This document shows positions 53,181-64,000 of a DNA stretch of 64,000 nt, piece by piece. The notes beneath the pieces are model-generated. The model worked only from the letters and a program-made list of their open reading frames with translations. It did not search any database and was not told where the DNA came from. The stretch's first letter is position 1; each line of letters begins with the position of its first letter. This DNA is from Octopus sinensis (taxonomy: Eukaryota): NCBI RefSeq assembly GCF_006345805.1, contig NC_043009.1, positions 51,212,001 to 51,276,000 of the forward strand, written 5' to 3'. A program made the translations under genes and the position numbers.

Positions 53181-56100
53181 TTTGAACCGGTTTGATCAGG
53201 CTTGATCCGGTTTTAACCGGTTTGAACTGGTTTGATCTGGTTTGAACCGGTTTGATCGGGTTTGGTCCGGTTTGATCGGGTTTGAACCGGTTTGAACCGT
53301 TTTGATCCGGTTTGATCCGGTTTGAACCGGTTTCGAACGGTTTGGTTTAGACCGCTTCGGTTTGGATCCGGTTTGATCCGGTTTGAACCGGTTTTATCCG
53401 GTTTGGTCCGGTTTGGTCCAGACATTAATGATATTTGAACCGGTTTGATCTGGTTTGACCCGGTTTGATCCGATTTGAACCGGTTTGGTCCTGTTTGGTC
53501 CGGTATGATCCGGTTTGAACCGGTTTCGAACGGTTTGGTTTCGACCGGTTCGGTTTGGAAAACCGGTTTGATACGGTTTGAACCGTTTTTGAACAAGTTT
53601 GATCCAGTCTGAACCGGTTTGATCCGGTTTAGTCCGTTTGAACCGGTTTGACCCGGTTCGAACCGATTTTAACCCATTTGATCCGGTTTGATCCGGATTG
53701 ATCTGCTTTGAACCGGTTTGATCCGGTTTAATCCGGTTAGGTCCGGTTACGAACCGGTTTCGAGCGGTTTGGTTTAGACAGGTTCAATTTGAAGAACCGG
53801 TTTGATCCGTTTTGAAGCGGTTCAATTTGGAGAACCGGTTTGATCCGGCTTGAACCGGTTTCGAAAGGATTGGTATAACCGGTTTGATCCTGTTTTGAAC
53901 GGTTTGGTTTAGACCGGTTCGGTTTGGAGAACCGGTTTGATCCGGTTTGATTCGGTTTGAACCGTTTTGATCCGTTTTGAAACGGTTTGATCTGGTGTGA
54001 ACCGGTTTGGTCCTGTTTGATCAGGTTTGAACCGTTTTGATCCTGTTTGAACCGGTTTGATCTGGTTTGATCCGGTGTGATCCGGTTTGAACCGATTTGA
54101 TCCGGTTTGAACCGGTTTGACCCGGTTTGAACCTGTTCGATCCGATTTGAACCCATTTGATCCGGATTGATCTAGTTTGAACCGGTTTGATCCGGTTTAG
54201 TCCGGTTAGATCCGGTTTCGAACCGGTTTCGAGCGGTTTGGTTTAGACAGGTTCATTTGGAGAACCGGTTTGATCCGTTTTGAACCGGTTCAATTTGGAG
54301 AAACGGTTTGATCCGTTCTGAACCGTTATGTCCGGTTTGAACCGGCTTGATGCGGTTTGATCCGGTTTGAATCGTTTGATCCGGTTTGAACCGGTTGATC
54401 TGGTTTGGCACGGTTTGATCTGGTTTGAACCGGTTTGATCCGTTTTGATCCGGTTCGATCCGGTTTGGTCTGGTGTGAACGGTTTGGTCCTGTTTGATCA
54501 GGTTTGAACCGTTTTGATCCTGTTTGAACCGGTTTGATCTGGTTTGATCCGGTGTGATCCGGTTTGAACCGATTTGATCCGGTTTGAACCGGTTTGACCC
54601 GGTTTGAACCTGTTCGATCCGATTTGAACCCATTTGATCCGGATTGATCTAGTTTGAACCGGTTTGATCCGGTTTAGTCCGGTTAGATCCGGTTCGAACC
54701 GGTTTCGAGCGGTTTGGTTTAGACAGGTTCAATTTGGAGAACGGTTTGATCCGTTTTGAAACGGTTCAATTTGGAGAAACGGTTTGATCCGTTCTGAACC
54801 GTTATGGTCCGGTTTGAACGGCTTGATGCGGTTTGATCCGGTTTGAATCGGTTGATCCGGTTTGAACCGGTTTGATCTGGTTTGGCACGGTTGATCTGGT
54901 TTGAACCGGTTTGATCCGTTTTGATCCGGTTCGATCCGGTTTGGTCTGGTGTGAACCGGTTTGGTCCTGTTTGATCAGGTTTGAACCGTTTTGATCCTGT
55001 TTGAACCGGTTTGATCTGGTTTGATCCGGTGTGATCCGGTTTGAACCGATTTGATCCGGTTTGAACCGGTTTGACCCGGTTTGAACCTGTTCGATCCGAT
55101 TTGAACCCATTTGATCCGGATTGATCTAGTTTGAACCGGTTTGATCCGGTTTAGTCCGGTTAGATCCGGTTTCGAACCGGTTTCGAGCGGTTTGGTTTAG
55201 ACAGGTTCAATTTGGAGAACCGGTTTGATCCGTTTTGAACCGGTTCAATTTGGAGAAACGGTTTGATCCGTTCTGAACCGTTATGGTCCGGTTTGAACCG
55301 GCTTGATGCGGTTTGATCCGGTTTGAATCGGTTTGATCCGGTTTGAACCGGTTTGATCTGGTTTGGCACGGTTTGATCTGGTTTGAACCGGTTTGATCCG
55401 TTTTGATCCGGTTCGATCCGGTTTGGTCCGGTTTGATCCGGTTTGGACCGGTTTGATCTTGTTTGAACCGGTTCCATCCGGTTTAGTCCGTTTAAATCCG
55501 GTTTCGAACGGTTTCGACTGGTTTGGTTTGGAAGTGTTTGTTCCGGTTTGAGCAGGTTTGGTCCCGTTTGAGCCAGTTTGAACCGGTTTCAAACTGTTTG
55601 GTTTAGAGCGGTTCGGTATGGAGAACCGGTTTGATCCGGTTTGAACAGTTTTGATCCGTTTGAACCGTTTGATCAGGCTTGAACCTGTTTGAACCTGTTT
55701 GATCCGGTTTGAACCGGTTTGATTCGGTTTGAACCGGTTTGACACGGTTTGTTCCGGATTGATCCAGACATTAATGATATTTGAACCGTTTGTTCCGGCT
55801 TGAACCGGTTTGATCTTGTTTGAACCGGTTTGCCCCGGTTCGGTCCGGTTTGATCCAGACATTAATGATATTGGAACCGGTTTGTTCTGGTTTGAAACGT
55901 TTTGATCCGGTCTGCTCCAGTTTAATCCGGTTTGAACAGGTTGGAACCGGTTTGGTCCAGTTTGGTCCGGTATGATCCGGTTTGAACCGGTTTCGAACGG
56001 TTTGGTTTAGACCGGTTCGGTTTGGAGAACCGGTTTGATCCGTTCTGAACCGGTTTGATCTGGTGTGCACTGGTTTGAACCGGTTTGATTAACAGGTTCG

Positions 56101-57836
56101 ATCCGGTTCGAATCCGTATGATCCGGTTTCGTCCGGTTTGATCTGATTTGAACCGGTTTCATACGCTTTAGTCCCGTTTGATCCGGTTTCGAACCGGTTT
56201 CGAACGGATAGGTTTAGACCGGTTTGGTTTGAAACGGTTTGATCCGGTTTGAACCGGTATGATCCTGTTTGATCAAGACATTAATGATATTTGAACCGGT
56301 TTGATCTGGTTTGATCAGGTTTGGTCCGGTTTCATTCAGTTTGAACCGGTATGAAACGGTTTGATACGGTTTGAACCGGTTTGGTCCAGTTTGGTCCGGT
56401 TTGATACGGTTTGAACCGGCTTCGAACGGTTTGGTTAAGACTGGTTTGGTTTGGAGAACCGTTTGATCCGGTTTGAACAGTTTTGATCCATTTTGAACCG
56501 GTTTGATCTGATTTGAACCGGTTTGGTTCGGTTTGATCTGGTTTGAACCGGTTTCAAACTGTTTGGTTTAGACCGGTTTAAAGAACCGGTTTGAACAGTT
56601 TTTGGTACGGTTTGATCCGGTTTGAACCGATTTGACCCGGCTTGGTCCGGTTTGATTCAGACATTAATGATATTTGAACCGGTTTGATCTGGTTTGAACC
56701 GGTTTGATCCGAGCTGGTCCGGTTTGGTCCAAAAATTAATGATATTTGTACCGGTTTGATCTGGTTTGATCCGGTTTGGTCCGATTTGATCCGGTTTGAA
56801 CCGGTTTCTAACGGTTTGGTTCAGACCGGTTCGGTTTGGAAAACCGGTTTCTCTCGGTTTGAACTTTTTTGATTCGTTTTGAACCGGTTTGATCTGGTTT
56901 GAACCGGTTTCATCCGGCTTAGTCCTGTTTGAACCGGTTTCATCCGGTTTGGTTCGGTTTTATCCGGTATGAACCGGTTTCGAACGGTTCGGTTTGGAGA
57001 ACCGGGTTTATCAGGTTTGAACCGCTTTGATCAGTTTTGAACCGGTTTGAGCTGGTTTGAACCGGTTTGATCAGGTTTCAATCGGTTTGATCCGGTTTTA
57101 ACCGGTTTATCTGGTTTGAACCGGTTTCATCCGGTTTAATCATGTTTGGACCTGTTTGATCCGTTTATAGTCCGGTTTGATCTGGTTCGAACCGGTTTGA
57201 TCGGTTTGAACCGGTTTGGTCCGGTCTGGTCCGGTTTGATACGGTTTGAACCGCTTTCGAACGGTTTGGTTTATACCGTTTCGGTTTGTAGAACCTGTTT
57301 GATCTGGTTTGAACCGTTTTGATCCATTTTGAATCGGTTTGATCCGGTTTGAACCGGTTTGATCCGGCTTGATTCGGTTTGAACAGGTTTCGAACGGTTT
57401 AGTTTAGACCGGTTCGGTTTGGAGAACCGGTTTGAACCGTTTTGATCCATATTGAACCGGTTTGGTCTGGTTTGAACCGGTTTGATCTGTTTTGTACCGG
57501 TTTGATGTGGTGTGAACCGGTTTTGTCCGGCTTGATCCGGTCTGAACCGGTTCGATCCGGTTCGAACCGGTTTGATCTAGTTTGGTGCGGTTTGATCTGA
57601 TTTGAACCGGTTTCATCCGGTTTAGTCCGATTTGTTCCGGTTTCGAACCGGTTTCGAACGGTTTGGTTTATACCGGTTCAGTTTGGAACGGTTTGATCCG
57701 GTTTGGACCGGTTTCGAACGGTTTGGTTTAGACCGGTTCGGTTTGGAACGGTTTGATCCGGTTTGAAATGGTTTGAACCGGTTTGATCCGGTTTGAACCT
57801 GCTTGATCCGGTTTGACCGGTTTTGATCCGTTTTTG
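53181..57836. repeat. 10-bp satellite (ccggtttgat / ccggtttgaa), ~4.65 kb, with a ~477-bp higher-order repeat
   Basis: Marker acccatttgatccgg at 53672, 54151, 54628 and 55105. Confidence 0.95.
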
Positions 57837-57939
57837 AATAAACAGAAAGAACGAATCTCATGTACAATCATAAACATATACATATACGCACTGCTTACGA
57901 TTCATGCTGGAATCTCCAATACGAACACTTTAGAATATT

Positions 57940-58547
57940 TGGGTGTCAATCTGTTGGGTTGCGGTGTCCCAAAATTATGTACCGAAAGGGATAAAAATCA
58001 AACATCCAGTCAACATTATGGTATTTGGAGTGATCACTAGTGATGGCGGTGTTATGCCCCCATTAATCTTTTCACGCCGTCTCGCAATCAGCACGGAGCT
58101 CTACATCAAGTGCCTGGAGAGGACCCTATGTTTGGCAACAGCACTCTGCACCATGCCACACAAGCAGGAGAGCCCAGTGATGGCCGTCAGAGAATTTCTG
58201 CGACCACATTACCCCTAGCATCTGGCCACCTAACTCACCACAATGCAGCAACCTTGATTACTATGTTTGGCGCGCATTTGAGCGAGAGACCAACAAAACT
58301 CCTTGTAACACCAAAGATGGACTGACGTCAAGACATTCACCAACTTAAACAAGGCGACCGGCTAGAAGAGTTGCAGGAGATTCCGAAGTGGTCTGGAGGC
58401 CGCGGTTGAAGACAATGACGATTTCATTGAAAAAATTTACTCTTTAGTATATCAAGTTATGTTTATGCAATTTTGATAAATAAATGAGATGTCAGTGTGA
58501 TTTTCAGTTTTGCGTAATTTAGACGATAATTTATTCACCAAGCCCTA
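57940..58547 (+). pseudogene. Tc1/mariner DD37D (maT-like) transposase, decayed, with right end
   Basis: KHPVNIMVFGVITSDGGVMPP..YIKCLE..PYVWQQHSAPCH..IWPPNSP..LDYYVW..CRRFRSGLEAAVE. Confidence 0.85.
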
Positions 58548-58555
58548 TATATATT

Positions 58556-59102
58556 GCGCGGGTTGAAAAACGAGAAGTCGTCTGGCCAGAACCTCCTGGA
58601 AAGAAACCATAGCGAGGGTCATTCCACAGCTGACTCGGAACAGCCAAGAAAAGAGAAAGGCGTGAAGAAGCCAAAGATTAAGTGGCCGAAAGCAAATGAT
58701 GCAGTGAGCTATAAGAAGTTCGACGACGATGTAGCAAGAATGGCCACCAAATTCAAAAGGGACGAGGAACAAAAATTCGAGAACTTGGCTAATATAGTCT
58801 ATCAGAAAGGAGAGGAAAGATTTGGACTAGAAACAACGGGGAATGGAGAATTATCAGTAAAGGAAGGGCGGACCATCAAAGAAAGAAAGACAGATCGCAA
58901 AGATACGAGAAGAGAGGAAAACATTCAGAACCGGATGGAGGGATGCAAAGGAGGAAAGAGAAGGGTTAAAACAACTATATGAAGAGATAAGGGGCATAAG
59001 ACAAATAAGAGGCATCGAGAACAACTAAGAAAGGTAAGAAGGAAGAATAGAAGAAAGGAGAGAGAAATGGACTATTGTAGTTTTGTAAACAACCCATATC
59101 TA
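58556..59102 (+). pseudogene. HERO-like non-LTR retrotransposon, pre-RT fragment
   Basis: KIKWPKAND..YKKFDDDV..LANIVYQKGEERFG..RRKNRRKER....FVNNPY resembles the recalled HERO pattern RVKWP.AN..W..FDEDV..AERFG..F..NPF. Confidence 0.6.
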
Positions 59103-59385
59103 GTGGTTAGAGGAGCGGATGGTGGTCGAGGGATTGTGGGTTCAAATCTCAGACCGGCGATGTGTGTGCTTATGAGCGAAATACCTAAGCTCCACGCACT
59201 CCGACAGAAGGTAATGGCGAACTTCTGCTGACTCTTTCGCCACAACTTTCTCTCACTCTTTTCTTCTGCATCTAGCAGACCACCTGCAACGGACCGGTGT
59301 CCCGTTCAGGTGGGGGATCTATACGCTAATGAACCCAGGAAACTGGCCCTTATGAACCAAGCATAGCTCTGGAAAGAACAAACAA
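59101..59385 (+). mobile_element. SINE type D, diverged and 5'-truncated
   Basis: acctaagctccacg..actttctctcactc..gcaacggaccggtgtcccgttcagg. Confidence 0.75.
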
Positions 59386-59848
59386 CAACACTTATATACA
59401 TACAAACACATACGCATATGCCCACACTTGGACACACATATATTTTGACTAAAGACGTATTTATAGTGATTGTTGTGACTGAAAAACGGTGGAAGAAATG
59501 CTGATGATGACGGTGATCGTGATGGCGGTTAGTTTAACTCAAAACTATTATGTGCTACCTACGAATAAAGTCCCTTGCTACACATTTCTACTTCATTAAT
59601 GACGGGCAGGGCCTAATTATCAACAATGCAATAACAACAACAGCAACAAATAATATAGAAGGGGCAACACCATACATAATTTTATTCACTTTCAGTATTA
59701 ATTTAGTCATTCAGACACAGGCATGGCTATGTGGCAACAAGTTTGCTTCCCAAGCAGATGGTTCTTGGGAAAGTGTCTTCTGCTATAACGTCGGGCGATC
59801 AAAGCCTTCATAGTAGATTTGGTAAACGGAAACTGAAAGCATGCTTTC

Positions 59849-59882
<34 letters not shown>

Positions 59883-60058
59883 ATGTGTGTGTATATATAA
59901 GCAAAAATGTTAGTTCTAAAAACTCTCTAAGATATCAACGCACTAGTAGTATATATAAGTAATAAATTGAACCTACGATGTTGCGATGGTGAGTGCAACA
60001 CCCTAATCACTACGCCATACGCCTTCACATATATGCATATATATATATATAATATATA

Positions 60059-60121
<63 letters not shown>

Positions 60122-60518
60122 TAGATAGATAGATGCGTGTTTCTCTGTCTGTCTTTGTGTATGTGCGTGTGTGTACGTGTGTGTGGGAGGGGATGCATGC
60201 GCGAATATATTAATCTGCATGGGAAAAGAATGAGAGAGGAATTTGACCCCTCATATACATACATACAAGAAAATATATATGTTTATATATATATATATAA
60301 ACACACACATATATATATATATACATACATATATATGCACACACATATATATACACATATATACATATACATATAAATATATATATATATATATATATGC
60401 ATCTGCGTGGGTTTGTGTAGACTGAGGGTTTACATGCGCATATGCATTCAATGGGGTACACACACGCCCACCCATCCAGACACTGCAGCTCCCACATACT
60501 CATAGATACATTCATGTT

Positions 60519-60556
<38 letters not shown>

Positions 60557-60879
60557 TTTACATGACTTCCACGATATGACATCTGTACGAAACTCTAATC
60601 CCCAATAAATTACCAAGAAAATCAATCTAGATTATGTTTAATTTAATTACTCATTAATTAAGGATTCGAGTTTGTAGTGGTGGAGCGGGTGTGGGTTTTC
60701 GGGTCAAAGTCGTGGAGGATCGGTTTTCAGACTTTCACTTTCTTCTACATTACAAGTCACAAGGTGGGGATTTTAGCAGCCACCGAGACGAGCCTGAGGT
60801 TTTCAGATTCAAGGAAGGGCGGCCAGAGAAGAGTGGCAATCTCTACTCTGTCGAGTTGAGCTCATTATATGAAATAGGT

Positions 60880-61245
60880 GGAGGCGCAATGGCCCAGTGG
60901 TTAGGGCAGCGGACTCGCGGTTTCGATTCCCAGACCGGGCGTTGTGAGTGTTTATTGAGCGAAAACACCTAAAGCTCCACGAGGCTCCGGCAGGGGATGG
61001 TGGTGATCCCTGCTGTACTCTTTCACCACAACTTTCTCTCACTCTTACTTCCTGTTTCTGTTGTGCCTGTATTTCAAAGGGCCGGCCTTGTCACTCTCTG
61101 TGTCACGCTGAATATCCCCGAGAACTACGTTAAGGGTACACGTATCTGTGGAGTGCTCAGCCACTTACACGTTAATTTCACGAGCAGGCTGTTCCGTTGA
61201 TTCGGATCAACCGGAACCCTCGTCGTCGTAACCGACGGAGTGCTT
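60880..61245 (+). mobile_element. Chimeric SINE with type D head and type C tail
   Basis: Switch near 61065; 11-bp TSD atatgaaatag (60867-60877 and 61248-61258). Confidence 0.9.
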
Positions 61246-61490
61246 CCATATGAAATAGTATCTCTCGTCTTTTCTCTTTTACTTGTTTCATTCATGAGAC
61301 TGCGGCGATACTGGGGCACCTCTTTGAAGTATTCGTCTCGTAAAAATATATCTGGTACTTGATCAATCGGTCCCTTTTCCCGAACCGCTATTTTACGAGA
61401 ACGTAAGCACATCAAGACCAGAGGCCAAGCAGTGGTGGTGGACAATTACAGACACAAAGAGACGCTCTCACGCACAAACACACACATACA

Positions 61491-61521
<31 letters not shown>

Positions 61522-61918
61522 GAACACACACATGTTAATAAATGCGAAATTCTGTCTGTCCTGGATCCCTGTATCTCAGTCTACATTTATTCTACACACA
61601 CACACACACATACACACACATATATATATATATATTTACACACACACACACACACACATATATATATTTACACACACACACACACAAATATATTTACTTG
61701 TTTCAGTCATTTGACCATGTGGCCATGCGTATGCATACATATGAATGTGTGTGTGTGTGTAATATACAGTAGGTTCGTGCTAAATTTGACAGTTTGCTTA
61801 CAAGGAAAAGAAAACGGAATATCCCATCCATATATAAGATAGTTCTATATTTAAAATATGAGGAATTATTTACATTATTTACATTTGACGGATATTTTTC
61901 CTCATCTTGTTTGTTGTT

Positions 61919-61966
61919 AAGACAACGTTTCGGCTGATATACCCTCCAGCCTTTATCAGGTGTCTT
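61919..61966 (-). ncRNA. Minimal hammerhead motif (core CUGAUAA, G8A) in a PLE-type terminal repeat (~61838-62010)
   Basis: Minus strand: aagacac-CTGATAA-a-GGCTG gagggtatat CAGCC-GAAAC GTT-gtctt. Confidence 0.6.
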
Positions 61967-62089
61967 GGGGCAATATTGGACCTGGGTTCTCATTCCTAAG
62001 GTACTTTTCGAAAGGTAAGAAGGAAGAACAGAAGAAAGGAGAGAGAAATGAACTATCGTAGTTTTGTAAACAACCCATATCTAAGGTAC

Positions 62090-62262
62090 GCTTGACAACC
62101 GATACTGGTGTGTTTACGACCCCGTCACTTAGCGGTTCGGCAAAAGAGACCGATAGAATAAGTACTGGGCTTACAAAGAATAAGTCCCGGGATCGAGTTG
62201 CTTGACTAAAGGCGGTGCTCCAGCATGGCCGCAGTGAAATGACTGAAACAAGAAAAAGAGTA
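62090..62262 (+). mobile_element. SINE type B, 3' part
   Basis: Matches the tail at 10580-10760. Confidence 0.85.
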
Positions 62263-63029
62263 CAGGGAGAGAGTAAAACCCTTATTAACATAGTTTAAAT
62301 TTCGAATTTTTTATTAAATTTCCTTCAACATCTAATATTTCAAAAGCTAAAATGGATTAAATTATAATCATTGGTTTCTGGTTCAAGAGTTTTGAACAGA
62401 TTTTCATGGAATTTAAGATTTCTCGTCCTTGACATTACGCAGAAAGTGGTTGATCCTTTTCGCTTTTATCAAAGTTTACGTAACCCTGTTATGAAAAAGT
62501 TGCAAGGATTTACTGGTAATCCTAGTCTTGTACTATAATTAATTATATTACTATATTTGCATTTTCATTTACAATACATGGCAGAAATCGGCTACAGTTC
62601 CCTGCTGGTTCGTGATTATGTTTATCGCCTCCTAAATAGATCCAAATATTGTATGAAGCATAATAAGGAATGTACATAGAATAAGTACGCAATACATACA
62701 CGTTTTGGGTCCCGAACAGTTCTTCTCGACCTCAAATTAATGCTTACGTTGTGCATTCTGGGAGTTTTTGATACCTTGTTAGGAAAGGCATTTATAGCTG
62801 TCCCAGATTATAGTAATTTTAATATATCATTACTATACATATAATGGGTTCACCTGCCAATTTCGTTTTTTCCAGATTGAAGGAGACGATTGAAACAGCA
62901 TTTTGAACACATCTTTCTCCATGTTACTTGTTACAGGTAACTAGTTTGCAGATGGCAGACAGGACATGAAGACAATTTGGGTGCTCGCTATGTGTTAAAG
63001 TGGGCAAAAACACTACAGATATGCTCCAT

Positions 63030-63337
63030 TTTTTATGCGCCCTTTCCAAGCCTAGCCAGGCTTATGGGCCCGGTTACTCGGTTTCTGTGGCGTATGTGTT
63101 CTCCCCAGCTGGACAGGACACCAGTCCGTCGCAGCATTACTCAAGAAACAGGAAGAGAGAGTGAGAGAAAGTTGGGGCGAAAGAGTACAACAGGGGTCGC
63201 CACCACCCCCTGCCAGAGCCACATGGAGCTTTAGGTGTTTTCGCTCAATAAACACACACAACGCCCGGTCTGAGAATCTAAACCGCGATCCTCCGACCGC
63301 AAGCTCGCTGCCCTAACCACTGAGCCATTGCGGCCCC
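63030..63337 (-). mobile_element. SINE type D, full length
   Basis: 15-bp TSD acagatatgctccat (63015-63029 and 63338-63352). Confidence 0.9.
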
Positions 63338-63369
63338 ACAGATATGCTCCATACTTACTATAAATTAAA

Positions 63370-63830
63370 ATGTATGAGCCAAACATCTGTCTTTCGCCGA
63401 CGTAAGAGGACGGTAAAGTAGGTCCACTGAGAATCTCATGATAATCCACTTTTTCAATAGCAAGAGTATTGTCTACATACATTGGGTTCCCTGCAGGGAC
63501 ACGGTCAATAAAGTGTACTTTGCGGAGGTTTTGAAAGATTTCTGGAAGCAATTTCGTTAGGAGAGGCCAATGTCGTCGATTCGGTTTCATCCGCACCAGG
63601 ACAATGCACCAATGGTAACCAACTATTTGATAGTGATGGCCACAGAAACTGTCCCTCTACCATCCATTCCCTGTGACTTGATCGTCTCCTATGCTGAAGG
63701 AGATGATGAAGGAGACTGTGGTAAGAATCTTGGACATCTTCATTTTGGAGGTATTCTATGGGGCGCTTTATGAAGGAGCAGTGCACTGAAGTCAGTGAGT
63801 CTACAATGAGGGTGATTAAGACTTGTATTT
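63370..63830 (+). pseudogene. Mariner (DD34D-type) transposase, decayed
   Basis: MIIHFFNSKSIVYIHWVP..TVNKVYFAEVL..FHPHQDNAP. Confidence 0.75.
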
Positions 63831-64000
63831 CTTTGAATTGAATAAATGGTTCTCCTGAAAAAAACCACAAAATTTCTTGAAAACATCTCGTGTTTTGGTT
63901 AAACTATTACTGCACTTCCAGTACCTAATCTAGTCGCTCTGTATGTATTCTCTTTTATCTTGTACTTATTTTAGTCATTGAACTACGATGCTGGACAATT

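Noticed and set aside
53181-57836. CRISPR-like or telomere-like array
   Set aside because: No unique spacers, no cas genes, eukaryotic context, and the unit is not TTAGGG.
53213-57867. Repetitive TGSNRFKPDQ ORFs
   Set aside because: Read-through of the 10-bp satellite; the unit is not a multiple of 3 and frames break frequently.
60662-60860. Possible LINE APE endonuclease start (ITSHKVGILAATET)
   Set aside because: A single weak motif in a short frameshifted segment.

Overview
AT-rich, microsatellite-saturated animal DNA. The SINE, LINE and microsatellite make-up strongly resembles an Octopus (cephalopod) genome; this is recognised from memory, not from a database hit. There is one 100-N scaffold gap. 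No intact host protein-coding gene is supported, and almost all listed ORFs are microsatellite or satellite read-throughs. The window holds four or more tRNA-derived SINE types, decayed Tc1/mariner (DD34D and DD37D-like) transposases, non-autonomous Helitrons, LINE fragments (RTE with three C2H2 fingers, R4-like, HERO-like, Tx1-like) and many Penelope-like element (PLE) pieces. Three observations stand out. (1) About 10 minimal hammerhead-ribozyme motifs from unrelated PLE-type terminal repeats, several with non-canonical cores (G3-C8, A6U, U4C, U4A); two sit at the centre of head-to-head inversions. (2) A SINE whose 3' tail matches the tail of a Tx1-like LINE in the window, found three times joined at the same nucleotide inside the head of its own family. 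(3) A 4.65-kb 10-bp satellite with a ~477-bp higher-order repeat that grows out of a 9-bp-repeat hairpin next to a Helitron-like 3' end.
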